From the IMG/VR virus record IMGVR_UViG_3300025704_000015, positions 1 through 64,000 of that record: DNA of 64,000 nt; one strand, written 5' to 3'. Made by a program: the position numbers and the translations under genes. This stretch comes from a virus. The notes under the pieces are model-generated. The model worked only from the letters and a program-made list of their open reading frames with translations. It was not told the DNA's origin and did no database searches. Position 1 is the stretch's first letter, and the number at the start of each line of letters is the position of its first letter. This document shows positions 20,937 to 30,015 of the stretch, in pieces.

Positions 20937-23294
20937 ATGATTAAAGAACCACACGTTATTAAACCAAAGCCTGACCGCACTATTATTAATATAGACGCTC
21001 AGAAACAGCTTGCCAAATTATTAGCCACTGAAGATATTCAAGTGACTGTTGGCAATTTTAAGACAGCCTATTTTGATGTTAAAAATCGAGTTCTTGGATT
21101 GCCTGCGTGGAATACCGATACTAAAGAGGTTTCCGACCTGCTGGTTGGCCATGAAGTTGGTCATGCTCTATTTACTCCTGAGGATGGAATTACTAAATTT
21201 AAAGAGCGTTATCCAAAACTCCCTTTTGACATTGCCAACATTGTTGAAGATATTAGGATTGAAAAGATGATCCAATTTAAATATCCTGGCCTTATTAAAT
21301 CCTTTAATGATGGATACTCCTATTTTAAAGAAAACGATCTTTTTGAAATTAAAGATAAGGATGTGAATGCTTTAGGATTCATTGATCGTATTAACCTTAA
21401 AGGTAAATTAAGAGATCTTATTGATGTCCAATTCTCCGATGAGGAAACCGTATTATTTGATAAGGTTAACCGGTGTAAAACCTATGATGATGTATTGGAC
21501 GTTATTCAAGAGCTTGCTGATTTTATTGAGAAAGAGGAAGAGAAAAACCCCAAAGAAAAGGCAAAACAGCCTTCTGATGACGGCGAGGATAACCAAATGT
21601 CTAACGATTCAGAATCAGGTGACGATGATTTAGAATCAGAAGATGATGATGGCGATTCCTCTTCAAAATCCTCAGAAGATAAAAACTCATCTCCAGATAC
21701 TAATACATCACATGGTGGAAACTCTGGAGGACAGCTTCACAGTAAAGAAGAAGAAACCTCAGAAGCGTTTAAATCAGAAACTCAAGATTCATTAGATAAA
21801 CACCTTGAGGATCTTGGTGAAATGGCATCCAATGAAACTATCCTAAATAAATTTCCTGAAAAAAATGTGGGAAATTTAGTACACTCCCTCGATGACGTTC
21901 GCACGGCGCGTAAAGCCAGTATTCATTATGATACTATTATGAATGATCCAATGGTTCACGAAAAGTGGGCCTTGTTTAAGAATTCTACAAAGAAAAATGT
22001 AAATATCCTTTGTAAAGAATTTGAAAGGCGAAAAGCCGCACATTCATATTCAAGATCTACACAAGCTAGAACCGGAGCCATCAATGTAAACAAATTGCAT
22101 AGTTACCAATATGATGATCAGATTTTTAAATCGGTAACCAACCTTGCTGATTCTAAAAACCACGGAATGAATATTTTTATTGATAACTCAGGAAGCATGG
22201 GTAATTGCATCAGCGATGTTATTAAACAGACTATTCAATTGGTTATGTTTTGTAAGACGGTTGATATTCCGTTCTCTGTTTATAGTTTCACCAGTAAATC
22301 CGGTAGAGCCTTTTTGGAAAATGGTAAGTATATTAGAAAATACGAAAATAAAAACGACTTCTTTAGAAATAATTTCCAATACGGAAATAACCTTGATATC
22401 TTTACTACCGAGGTTTGTGAGTTAATGAATTCCTCTTTAAAGAAATCTAAATATGAAACTGCTTTAAAAGAATTATATATTCAAAGCGGTGCAATATTTT
22501 CAGATGGAGATAAATATGATAAGCTATCCATTCAAATAAATCAACCGTATGGCACTAGAACATATCAGACTAACCTATATTTGGAACATAACTGTATGAA
22601 TTCTGAATTAGAAGAGATGGGCGGCACTCCTCTTATTGAAACTTTAATCATGGCTCACGGCCTTATCAAAAATTTCAGGAAAACGCATAATGTTGAAAAA
22701 ATGACAACTGTATTTTTAACAGATGGCGAAGGCCAAACTCCTCACTCTCATTCTACCGAGCCAAAAGTAGAGGATGAAGAAAATCAAATGTATTCAAATT
22801 CTAAAGACCCTTGGGGAAATTACCGATATATTAAAATAGGAAAAGATACTGTTGATATTAGTCGCCAAAACCCGAATGCATATTCTGATGTTGTAAAAAG
22901 TATTAAGAAGGACACCGGCTCTAAGATGATTGGATTCTTCTTAACTTCAAGTCCGGCAAATGGCAGAAATCATTCATTCGGCGCATTGGCTCATATTAAA
23001 AATCTACGTAAGTGGGAATATATTGACAAGTGTAAAAATGAAGCTAAGAAACTAAAAAGCAACTGTTATGCTATTGAAAATGGATATAACTATGATACCT
23101 ATTTCGTTATTGATAACCTTAAATCCTTAAAAATAAATGATGAAGAAGAATTTCAAGTGCCAGACACCGTTGATACTGAAGATCTTAACAAAGCCGCGAA
23201 TAGAAGTAAATTGGCAACCTCCTTTAAGAAGTTTAATACCACTAAACGACAGAGCCGAATTTTCCTTAATAAATTCATTGACACGGTGATTTAA
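20937..23294 (+). CDS. metallopeptidase-like / VWA domain protein (CobT-like partner of a MoxR ATPase)
   Basis: HEVGH motif, NIVEDIRIEK, MIDAS-like DNSGSM, GGTPL and FLTDGE. Confidence 0.8.
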   Translation: MIKEPHVIKPKPDRTIINIDAQKQLAKLLATEDIQVTVGNFKTAYFDVKNRVLGLPAWNTDTKEVSDLLVGHEVGHALFTPEDGITKFKERYPKLPFDIANIVEDIRIEKMIQFKYPGLIKSFNDGYSYFKENDLFEIKDKDVNALGFIDRINLKGKLRDLIDVQFSDEETVLFDKVNRCKTYDDVLDVIQELADFIEKEEEKNPKEKAKQPSDDGEDNQMSNDSESGDDDLESEDDDGDSSSKSSEDKNSSPDTNTSHGGNSGGQLHSKEEETSEAFKSETQDSLDKHLEDLGEMASNETILNKFPEKNVGNLVHSLDDVRTARKASIHYDTIMNDPMVHEKWALFKNSTKKNVNILCKEFERRKAAHSYSRSTQARTGAINVNKLHSYQYDDQIFKSVTNLADSKNHGMNIFIDNSGSMGNCISDVIKQTIQLVMFCKTVDIPFSVYSFTSKSGRAFLENGKYIRKYENKNDFFRNNFQYGNNLDIFTTEVCELMNSSLKKSKYETALKELYIQSGAIFSDGDKYDKLSIQINQPYGTRTYQTNLYLEHNCMNSELEEMGGTPLIETLIMAHGLIKNFRKTHNVEKMTTVFLTDGEGQTPHSHSTEPKVEDEENQMYSNSKDPWGNYRYIKIGKDTVDISRQNPNAYSDVVKSIKKDTGSKMIGFFLTSSPANGRNHSFGALAHIKNLRKWEYIDKCKNEAKKLKSNCYAIENGYNYDTYFVIDNLKSLKINDEEEFQVPDTVDTEDLNKAANRSKLATSFKKFNTTKRQSRIFLNKFIDTVI

Positions 23295-23338
23295 TAGGAA
23301 AAAATGTGAAAATAAATGCATTTTCTATCATTATTTTA

Positions 23339-23367
23339 TTTACATTCACTAAGATTTAGTTTATAAT
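23339..23367 (+). promoter_or_regulatory. sigma70-like early/middle promoter TTTACA-N17-TATAAT (same motif at 25012, 29981, 33299, 35135, 36679, 42006, 59787; N16 at 56696; TATACA variant at 17132)
   Basis: Recurrent hexamer pair with fixed spacing upstream of non-structural genes. Confidence 0.85.
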
Positions 23368-23428
23368 ATATCTACAAGGAAGGGAACGGATTCGCTAAGT
23401 ACCTCCCATTACACCATCAAATTACATT

Positions 23429-24649
23429 ATGAAAAAAGACACCACAAATACGCAGAAGCCTGAGTCCAACTATGACACTGTAATGTCAGAATTAGAACAA
23501 GCAGTCTCAACATATCCAATCGTTAAAACGAAGGATATTTACACACACGCTAGAGCCCACGGTTATAGTTACAATAGTGCCAAAGAAACCTTTATGCACT
23601 CCGGCCCAAAGCGAGGTGAATGGGACATGCGCAATGTCTGCCTAACTAAGCCTACGCAAAAGAAAGCTTCGGTGGCTCAACCTCAGCAAAGTAACTCTGC
23701 TGATGAGAATTTCAAATTTGCCACTTCGGTCCAATCGGTTTCCAATGACGATGTTTATATCCCAGAGGTAGATCCTAACTTTATTTCATGGGGCGACTTC
23801 TCAAAGATTAAGAAGATTATCGACTCAAAACAATTTTTCCCTCTGTACATTAGTGGAATGTCAGGAAACGGGAAAACAATGATGGTTGAACAAGCCTGCG
23901 CAAAGGCAAAGCGCGAATATGTTCGAGTACAGATATCACCAGAAACTGATGAAGACGATCTGATTGGTGGTTTTCGTCTCATCAATGGTGAGACTGTATT
24001 CCAAAAAGGACCGGTACTAAAAGCCATGGAAGCTGGATGTATACTATTGATCGACGAAATGGACCGAGGTTCAAATAAGATCATGTGTCTCCAAGGCGTC
24101 TTGGAAGGTAAGCCGGTGATGGTGAAAAAAACGGGTGGCGTAGTTCACCCCGCTCCTGGGTTCAACGTTATTGCAACGGCGAATACTAAGGGGCGGGGTG
24201 CCGATGATGGACGATACTCTGCCGCACAAATCATTGATGATGCTTTCGTAGAACGATTCGTAGCAAGTATCGATCAGCCCTTCCCCGCATATAATGTCGA
24301 ACTAAAAATTATTAAGAAGCATATGACTTCATGCGATGTCAGAGGGCACGATGATTTTGCTGATAAACTCGTCAGCTGGGGCGCAGTTATCCGTAAGACT
24401 TACGAAAGTGAAGGCGTTGACGAATTAATCTCAACTCGCCGACTATGCCACATTGTTAAAGCTCTTTCAATCTTTAACAATCGCCTTGAAGCAATTAAGA
24501 TGTGTATCACCCGATTCGAAGATGAGACTAAGGAAGCTTTCCTCGATCTCTATACCAAGATTGATACAAATCAAATTGACAAAGATATGAATTTCACGAC
24601 TGACGAAAACTCGACTGACGAAAACTCTAGTGATACTAGCCAACACTAA
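23429..24649 (+). CDS. MoxR/CobS-like AAA+ ATPase
   Basis: GMSGNGKT, DEDDLIGG, LLIDEMD, ATANTKGRG, ISTRRL. Confidence 0.88.
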   Translation: MKKDTTNTQKPESNYDTVMSELEQAVSTYPIVKTKDIYTHARAHGYSYNSAKETFMHSGPKRGEWDMRNVCLTKPTQKKASVAQPQQSNSADENFKFATSVQSVSNDDVYIPEVDPNFISWGDFSKIKKIIDSKQFFPLYISGMSGNGKTMMVEQACAKAKREYVRVQISPETDEDDLIGGFRLINGETVFQKGPVLKAMEAGCILLIDEMDRGSNKIMCLQGVLEGKPVMVKKTGGVVHPAPGFNVIATANTKGRGADDGRYSAAQIIDDAFVERFVASIDQPFPAYNVELKIIKKHMTSCDVRGHDDFADKLVSWGAVIRKTYESEGVDELISTRRLCHIVKALSIFNNRLEAIKMCITRFEDETKEAFLDLYTKIDTNQIDKDMNFTTDENSTDENSSDTSQH

Positions 24650-24692
24650 TAAACAACAAACGGCTATAACAACAAAAACAAAAACAACAAAT

Positions 24693-24950
24693 ATGAATAA
24701 ACAACAAATTGCTAAATTCCGCACGCTCGTTAAACGCAACACTCAATCAGACGCTGTTGCCGAATGTCTTAACCGAGGCGAAGAGTTCTCAGTTGAAGAT
24801 GCAAAAATGGCTGGCATTGGCGATCCCCGCCGTGTCGTAAATCGCCTTCGCACAGAGCGAGGTGTTAAGATTTACTCTAACTCTCACCGCCTACGCGGCG
24901 GTACTACCGTTAAGCGATACACCCTAGTTAGTCCTAAGGCAAAACGTTAA
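24693..24950 (+). CDS. small winged-helix DNA-binding protein (start probably 24693)
   Basis: GIGDPRRVVNRLR...IYSN...KRYTL pattern; basic. Confidence 0.6.
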   Translation: MNKQQIAKFRTLVKRNTQSDAVAECLNRGEEFSVEDAKMAGIGDPRRVVNRLRTERGVKIYSNSHRLRGGTTVKRYTLVSPKAKR

Positions 24951-24964
24951 TAGACGGTAATAAT

Positions 24965-25010
24965 AGTGCCGTGTCAGGGTTGTGGTGGTCCTGACACGGT
25001 TACTTTTTTT
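24965..25010 (+). terminator. rho-independent terminator
   Basis: CCGTGTCAGG / CCTGACACGG stem, 11-nt loop, T-run. Confidence 0.85.
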
Positions 25011-25046
25011 ATTTACAAATCACTACAATTAGAATATAATATCATT

Positions 25047-25718
25047 ATGACAACGTTATCAAACGACACCTTAAACATCCTAAAGAACTTCTCAGATATC
25101 AATCCAAATTTGGTTGTTAAGCCTGGGAATTCTCTAAGCACAATCGCCGAAGCAAAGAATATTTTTGCAGTAGCTGAAATTACAGAAACCTTTGAATCTC
25201 AATTTGGAATCTATGATCTTAACGAATTTATCAATGTAGTTAACTTGGTAGATGAACCTGAGCTTTCCTTTAACGGCGAATCAGTAACTCTACAAAATGG
25301 AAAAGCTAAAGCATCTTATCGCTTCGCCGATGAAAGCATTCTCACTTCGCCTCAAAACGAAATCACAATGCCATCAACTGAAGTAAGTGTATCAATCAGT
25401 GGTAATACTTTAACTCAAATTAGGAGTGCGGCTCGTGTTATGAACCATGCTATCGTCTCGCTAAAAGGTGAAGATGGCGTAGTTACTTTAGCCGTAGTTG
25501 ATCCAAAGAACCCAACAGCAAACACATTTTCAATCATTCTCGATGAAGACAACGAATGCAAATCATCCTTTGATCTGCAGTTCCTCATCGCGAATTTAAA
25601 AGTTCTTAGCGGAGACTATAATGTAAAAATTAGTTCAAAGCTAATCAGTGAGTGGATAAATACATCAGTGCCTGTAAAATATTACATCGCTCTTGAAAAA
25701 ACATCAACTTACAACTAA
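25047..25718 (+). CDS. gp45: sliding clamp gp45 (start probably 25047)
   Basis: LKNFSDIN, FGIYDLNEF, YYIALE. Confidence 0.92.
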   Translation: MTTLSNDTLNILKNFSDINPNLVVKPGNSLSTIAEAKNIFAVAEITETFESQFGIYDLNEFINVVNLVDEPELSFNGESVTLQNGKAKASYRFADESILTSPQNEITMPSTEVSVSISGNTLTQIRSAARVMNHAIVSLKGEDGVVTLAVVDPKNPTANTFSIILDEDNECKSSFDLQFLIANLKVLSGDYNVKISSKLISEWINTSVPVKYYIALEKTSTYN

Positions 25719-25757
25719 ACTAGTAAAGTAAAAACAACAAAACAACAAAACATAATT

Positions 25758-26033
25758 ATGGAAAACGAAGAAAATACCGCAACGGAAACCCCTGAAACTG
25801 TCGAAATTAACCTTGGAGCAGTAGCAATGGTATGTAGAGTAATCGCAGCATGTACAGAGCGTGGCGCGATTAAAGCAGAAGAAATGTCAACCGTTGGTCA
25901 AGTATTTGATTATATGCGCGCATTCCTTCCCGCACCAGAAGCTAAAGCTGAAGGCGAAGAAGCTGAAGGCGAAGAAGCTGAAGGCGAAGAAGCAACCGCT
26001 GAATCCGATATTCTTGAGCCGGTAGAAGCCTAA
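25758..26033 (+). CDS. hypothetical acidic protein
   Basis: 91-aa ORF in operon; RGAIKAEEMSTVG core. Confidence 0.7.
   Translation: MENEENTATETPETVEINLGAVAMVCRVIAACTERGAIKAEEMSTVGQVFDYMRAFLPAPEAKAEGEEAEGEEAEGEEATAESDILEPVEA
25947..25991 (+). repeat. 3 x 15-bp tandem repeat (GCTGAAGGCGAAGAA, encodes AEGEE)
   Basis: Seen directly in the sequence. Confidence 0.9.
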
Positions 26034-26058
26034 ACAAAAATTGACTTAAATTTATATT

Positions 26059-26994
26059 ATGACTGAAACACTTTGGTGCGAAAAGTATCGCCCAACCACG
26101 ATTGACGATTGTATCCTTCCTAACGAATTAAAGAAAACATTTAATTCTATTGTTAAATCAGGAGAGGTTCACAACATGTTATTGACCGGCTCAGCTGGTC
26201 TTGGAAAAACAACTGTAGCAAAAGCATTATGCAATCAACTTAATCTTGACTATATGTTAATCAACGGTTCGGAAGAATCCGGTATTGATGTATTAAGAAA
26301 TAAGATTAAGCAGTTTGCTAGTAGCGTTAGTCTTGGCGGCGGTTTAAAGGTAATCATTCTTGATGAGGCTGATTATCTTAACGCCCAAAGTACACAGCCT
26401 GCTTTGCGCGGTTTCATTGAGGAGTTTTCTAATAACTGTAGGTTTATCTTAACTTGCAATTTTAAGAATCGAATCATTGAGCCGTTGCATAGCAGGTGTT
26501 CAGTCATTGAGTTTAATACAAATAAAAAGGATCTTGCCACACTTGCTGGTAAGTTCCTATCGCGTTTAAAAACTATATTAGATAAGGAAGGCATTAAGTA
26601 TGAAGATAAAATACTAGCCGAACTTATTATTAGATATGCTCCAGATTGGAGAAGGATTATTGGTGAGTGCCAACGATATGGAGCAGGCGGTGAAATCCAG
26701 CCAACTGTTTTACTTGGAGTATCTGATTCTAATATTTCTGAGGTTATTACTTTCCTAAAGTCAAAAGACTTTAAAGGAATGCGAGGATGGGTATGCAATA
26801 ATACATCTCTTGATAGTACTGTTGTATTTAGAAAGATATACGATTCATTATATGATTATGCAGATCCTTCATCTATTCCTTCTGCAGTTTTAATCATTGC
26901 CGATTATAGTTACAAAGCAGCGTTCTGTGGTGATAAAGAAATCAACATGGTTGCCTGTTTAGTAGAGTTAATGGCAAACATTAAATGGAAGTAA
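26059..26994 (+). CDS. gp44: clamp loader ATPase subunit gp44
   Basis: WCEKYRP, GSAGLGKTT, ILDEAD, PLHSRC. Confidence 0.95.
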   Translation: MTETLWCEKYRPTTIDDCILPNELKKTFNSIVKSGEVHNMLLTGSAGLGKTTVAKALCNQLNLDYMLINGSEESGIDVLRNKIKQFASSVSLGGGLKVIILDEADYLNAQSTQPALRGFIEEFSNNCRFILTCNFKNRIIEPLHSRCSVIEFNTNKKDLATLAGKFLSRLKTILDKEGIKYEDKILAELIIRYAPDWRRIIGECQRYGAGGEIQPTVLLGVSDSNISEVITFLKSKDFKGMRGWVCNNTSLDSTVVFRKIYDSLYDYADPSSIPSAVLIIADYSYKAAFCGDKEINMVACLVELMANIKWK

Positions 26995-27434
26995 TGAGCA
27001 AAGTTAAAAAACTTTCCTTCTTTGATATTTTAAATAATATTAATGCTGGTTCTAAAGCTCCGGATATTCTTAAAGGTGTAACTGCTGATTCTAGTGAAAC
27101 CTTACCAGACCCTGATAGTCCTGAGAAAGCTTATACTCCATTTATGATTAACCGAGGGTTATCTCAGTTTAATGATACTATTCTATTTGCTAATGAGATG
27201 AATATGAATTATCATCTCCCTGCTAGAATGCAATATGATTTTTATAAGAACGTATTACGTCCTCGTAAAAGATTTAGTAAATGGTTTAAAGCAATTCCTG
27301 ACAGTAATGATATTAAAATTATCATGGATCACTATGGATATAGTTCTGAGAAAGCGCGCGATGTATTGGATTTATTTAATAAAGAAGAGTTAAAAGCTTT
27401 ACATCGTCATCATGACAAAGGTGGAAAAGCATAA
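26994..27434 (+). CDS. gp62: clamp loader small subunit gp62
   Basis: YTPFMINRGLS, FANEMN, QYDF, YGYSSEKA. Confidence 0.88.
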   Translation: MSKVKKLSFFDILNNINAGSKAPDILKGVTADSSETLPDPDSPEKAYTPFMINRGLSQFNDTILFANEMNMNYHLPARMQYDFYKNVLRPRKRFSKWFKAIPDSNDIKIIMDHYGYSSEKARDVLDLFNKEELKALHRHHDKGGKA

Positions 27435-27446
27435 TAAATAATTATA

Positions 27447-27878
27447 ATGAACATTGATAATGAAAAAATAAAAAGTTGGTCTCCTGATGAAATGCTTGAG
27501 ATCTATTTGTCTGAGCCAGACGATTTTCTTAAGGTAAAAGAAACCCTTACTCGAATTGGAGTCTCTTCTCAAAGGGAAGAAAACACTTTATTTCAAAGTT
27601 GCCATATTCTTCATAAGCAAGGGCGATACTTTATTCTACACTTTAAAGAACTATTTTTACTTGATGGTAAACCTTCTAATTTTACTGAAGAAGATTTTAA
27701 AAGAAGGAACACTATAACAACTCTCTTATCTGATTGGGGTTTGCTAGAATTAGTAAACTATACTCATGCTAGTGAAAAGACCAACTTAAAACAAATTAAA
27801 ATTGTACCATTCAAAGAGAAGAAGAATTGGACTCTTAATTCCAAATATAATATTGGTAATGTAAAGAAAAAATCTTAG
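27447..27878 (+). CDS. regA: translational repressor RegA
   Basis: DDFLKVKETLTRIG, LFQSCHILHKQGRYFILHFKELF. Confidence 0.95.
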   Translation: MNIDNEKIKSWSPDEMLEIYLSEPDDFLKVKETLTRIGVSSQREENTLFQSCHILHKQGRYFILHFKELFLLDGKPSNFTEEDFKRRNTITTLLSDWGLLELVNYTHASEKTNLKQIKIVPFKEKKNWTLNSKYNIGNVKKKS

Positions 27879-27894
27879 TATTATAAATAAAAAC

Positions 27895-28221
27895 ATGAGT
27901 ACTGAGAAATATTTGTTACCAAACGAGAAGAAGCGTTTATACGAATCTATTACAATTCCAAAGAAAAAAGAAGAGGTTCTGAAACTAATTAAGGATGCTC
28001 CTAAAACAAAAGCAACTTCTAAAGATACCAATAATCTATGGAACAAAATATCCACTTCTTTAGTAGGTCCACTTGAAGATTTAATGTATGAAAAACCATA
28101 TGATAAAGCATATAGTGCTGGATATAATGGTGATAAAGAACCAAAGAATCCATTTAAAAAAGATACATTAGCTTACTGGTTCTTTACTAATTTATATACT
28201 CAAGGGAGTAACGATAATTAA
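27895..28221 (+). CDS. putative internal head protein, MSTEKYLLPNEKK leader family copy 1
   Basis: Late promoter ends 5 nt before the ATG; shared leader. Confidence 0.7.
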   Translation: MSTEKYLLPNEKKRLYESITIPKKKEEVLKLIKDAPKTKATSKDTNNLWNKISTSLVGPLEDLMYEKPYDKAYSAGYNGDKEPKNPFKKDTLAYWFFTNLYTQGSNDN

Positions 28222-28238
28222 TTTTTAAAAATAAAACC

Positions 28239-28592
28239 ATGAGTACTGAGAAATATTTGTTACCAAACGAGAAGAAGCGTTTAGATGAAGAAACATTATC
28301 TGAAGCTAAAGTGCCATCTGACTATTTAGATTTCCAAAGCGATGATAAAAGTTATAAAGTTTATCAAGCAGATAATAATGGAGAATCTTCTGTAAGACCC
28401 GCCGAAAAGGCAAGTAAAAATTGGCCGACTGGTGCTCCAGTAACTAAGACTTTTAAAAAAGTTTCATCTGCTCCAATTCCAAAAGGTGAGTTCTGGGTTT
28501 TAGAATCTGATAAAAGTTTTTATTGGATGGTTAACGGCACTTGGTATTCGATCAGTAAAAAAGACCATCCCCGCCCACCATTTGATTATTAA
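28239..28592 (+). CDS. putative internal head protein, MSTEKYLLPNEKK leader family copy 2
   Basis: Shared leader followed by LDEETLSEA. Confidence 0.7.
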   Translation: MSTEKYLLPNEKKRLDEETLSEAKVPSDYLDFQSDDKSYKVYQADNNGESSVRPAEKASKNWPTGAPVTKTFKKVSSAPIPKGEFWVLESDKSFYWMVNGTWYSISKKDHPRPPFDY

Positions 28593-28847
28593 ATGAAAAG
28601 CTTTAAACAATATTTAGAGGGATTGCGTATTGCTTATACTCCAGCTCAACAAAAAGCGATGGATAAAAGGACAAATGCGATGAATTCAGATCTTAAGAAA
28701 AAGTTTAAAGCTGGAAAGATTTCAATTAAATGGTCTCAGACAAGAGGCGGTCACGCTATCTTTGTTAAAGGTAGAATGGAAGGTCCTCTCTTTGATTCTG
28801 AAGATGACGCTGAAAAATATTTAAAAAAACTCGGTATTCGAGTATAA
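28593..28847 (+). CDS. small basic protein with T4 CTS-like leader MKSFKQYLE
   Basis: Resembles the T4 internal protein leader MKTYQEFIAE. Confidence 0.65.
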   Translation: MKSFKQYLEGLRIAYTPAQQKAMDKRTNAMNSDLKKKFKAGKISIKWSQTRGGHAIFVKGRMEGPLFDSEDDAEKYLKKLGIRV

Positions 28848-29387
28848 ATTAAATTAAAATATAAATAAAATCATGAGTACTGAGAAATATTTGTTGCCAA
28901 ACGAGAAGAAGTGTCTGGATGAAGCAAAACTTGCAGGTAAAAATAGAGAACGGCTTGATAGTTTAATCTCTTTATATGTCACGGCAACAGATCCCGAGGC
29001 AGATTATTATTATGATGGAGATGTTCCTGATGCTGAAAAGATTTTAAATGATATTAAAAAAGAATTTGGATCAAAAATTGCCAAAGATGTTGGTAATGGA
29101 ACAAATATTTTCCATTATGGTAGAGATAATAATCAAGGAGGTCGCTTAACATACGGGGATGCGACAAAACAGCGTGGCGCAAGACGTATCACAAAAGGTG
29201 GTAAAATTAATAAGCAGGACGCAGCAAAACTTAAAAAGGATATTAAAGATATTTTAAAGAATACAAAATTAAATACTGCTTATCGATCACATAAGTTAAA
29301 AGGAAAATTACCAGAGAGTAATTAATAAAAAACCTTTGACACTGAAGCTGAAAAATATTTAAAAAAACTCGGAATTCGAGTATAAAT
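28809..29387 (+). repeat. 41-bp direct repeat (28809-28849 and 29347-29387, 1 mismatch) flanking the third MSTEK gene
   Basis: GCTGAAAAATATTTAAAAAAACTCGGWATTCGAGTATAAAT occurs twice. Confidence 0.9.
28873..29325 (+). CDS. putative internal head protein, MSTEKYLLPNEKK leader family copy 3
   Basis: Own late promoter at 28860; leader followed by LDEA. Confidence 0.7.
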   Translation: MSTEKYLLPNEKKCLDEAKLAGKNRERLDSLISLYVTATDPEADYYYDGDVPDAEKILNDIKKEFGSKIAKDVGNGTNIFHYGRDNNQGGRLTYGDATKQRGARRITKGGKINKQDAAKLKKDIKDILKNTKLNTAYRSHKLKGKLPESN

Positions 29388-29390
29388 AGA

Positions 29391-29480
29391 TTTGTAATAC
29401 GATACGTTTTCGTATTATAAAGAGGTGCCGAAAGGATCTCAATTAATAAAAAATAACTCGCTTAATAAGGAGTTCAAAAT
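29391..29480 (+). promoter_or_regulatory. structured 5' UTR of hsp20, ROSE-like RNA thermometer candidate
   Basis: Three hairpins; the last (AACTCGCTT-AAT-AAGGAGTT) pairs the SD with a bulged G. Confidence 0.6.
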
Positions 29481-29912
29481 ATGACAATAACAAATACACT
29501 AAATTCGTTGCCGCGTTCTTTCGCGGTTGGGTTCGATTCAATCTTTGATAGATTAGAATCAAGAGAGAAAGCATCTTATCCTCCTCACAATATTGTGAAG
29601 CATAATGAGGATGAGTTTGAAATCGCACTAGCAGTCGCAGGCTTCAGTGATAAAGATCTTTCCGTCAAACAAGACGGAGATCAACTTATCGTTGAATCTG
29701 ATTGCGTTGAGCTTAATGGAGATAAAGAATATCTTCATAAAGGAATTGCTACTCGAAGTTTCATCAAGAAGTTTACATTAGCCGATCACATTCGTGTCGA
29801 GCAAGTAGCGCTTGTTGATGGTATACTTTCAGTTCTACTAAAGAAAGAAATTCCTGAAGAAATGAAACCTAAGAAGTTTACTATTCTTCCAGAGTTTATT
29901 AACGAAGATTAA
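29481..29912 (+). CDS. hsp20: small heat shock protein Hsp20 (IbpA-like)
   Basis: YPPHNIV, IALAVAGF, YLHKGIATRSF, DGILSVLL. Confidence 0.93.
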   Translation: MTITNTLNSLPRSFAVGFDSIFDRLESREKASYPPHNIVKHNEDEFEIALAVAGFSDKDLSVKQDGDQLIVESDCVELNGDKEYLHKGIATRSFIKKFTLADHIRVEQVALVDGILSVLLKKEIPEEMKPKKFTILPEFINED

Positions 29913-29933
29913 ACTTTGCAGTTAAAACATAAT

Positions 29934-29970
29934 AAAAGGGTTCTTCAGAAATGAGGAGCCCTTTTTTATT
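29934..29970 (+). terminator. rho-independent terminator after hsp20
   Basis: AAAAGGGTTCTTCA-GAAA-TGAGGAGCCCTTTTTT. Confidence 0.85.
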
Positions 29971-30015
29971 AACTTTAGTATTTACATCTATAATAAAAGA
30001 TGATATAATATATAC

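Noticed and set aside
24598-24627. 15-bp tandem duplication at the end of the MoxR ATPase gene
   Set aside because: Simple slippage in a disordered tail (TDENS x2) with no sign of function.
24966-25046. N-terminal extension of gp45 given in the ORF track
   Set aside because: It overlaps a terminator and a promoter; the ATG at 25047 matches gp45 homolog starts.
27895-29325. CRISPR-like array suggested by the repeated ~40-bp leaders
   Set aside because: The repeats are in-frame coding starts separated by hundreds of bp of ORF, and there are no cas genes.
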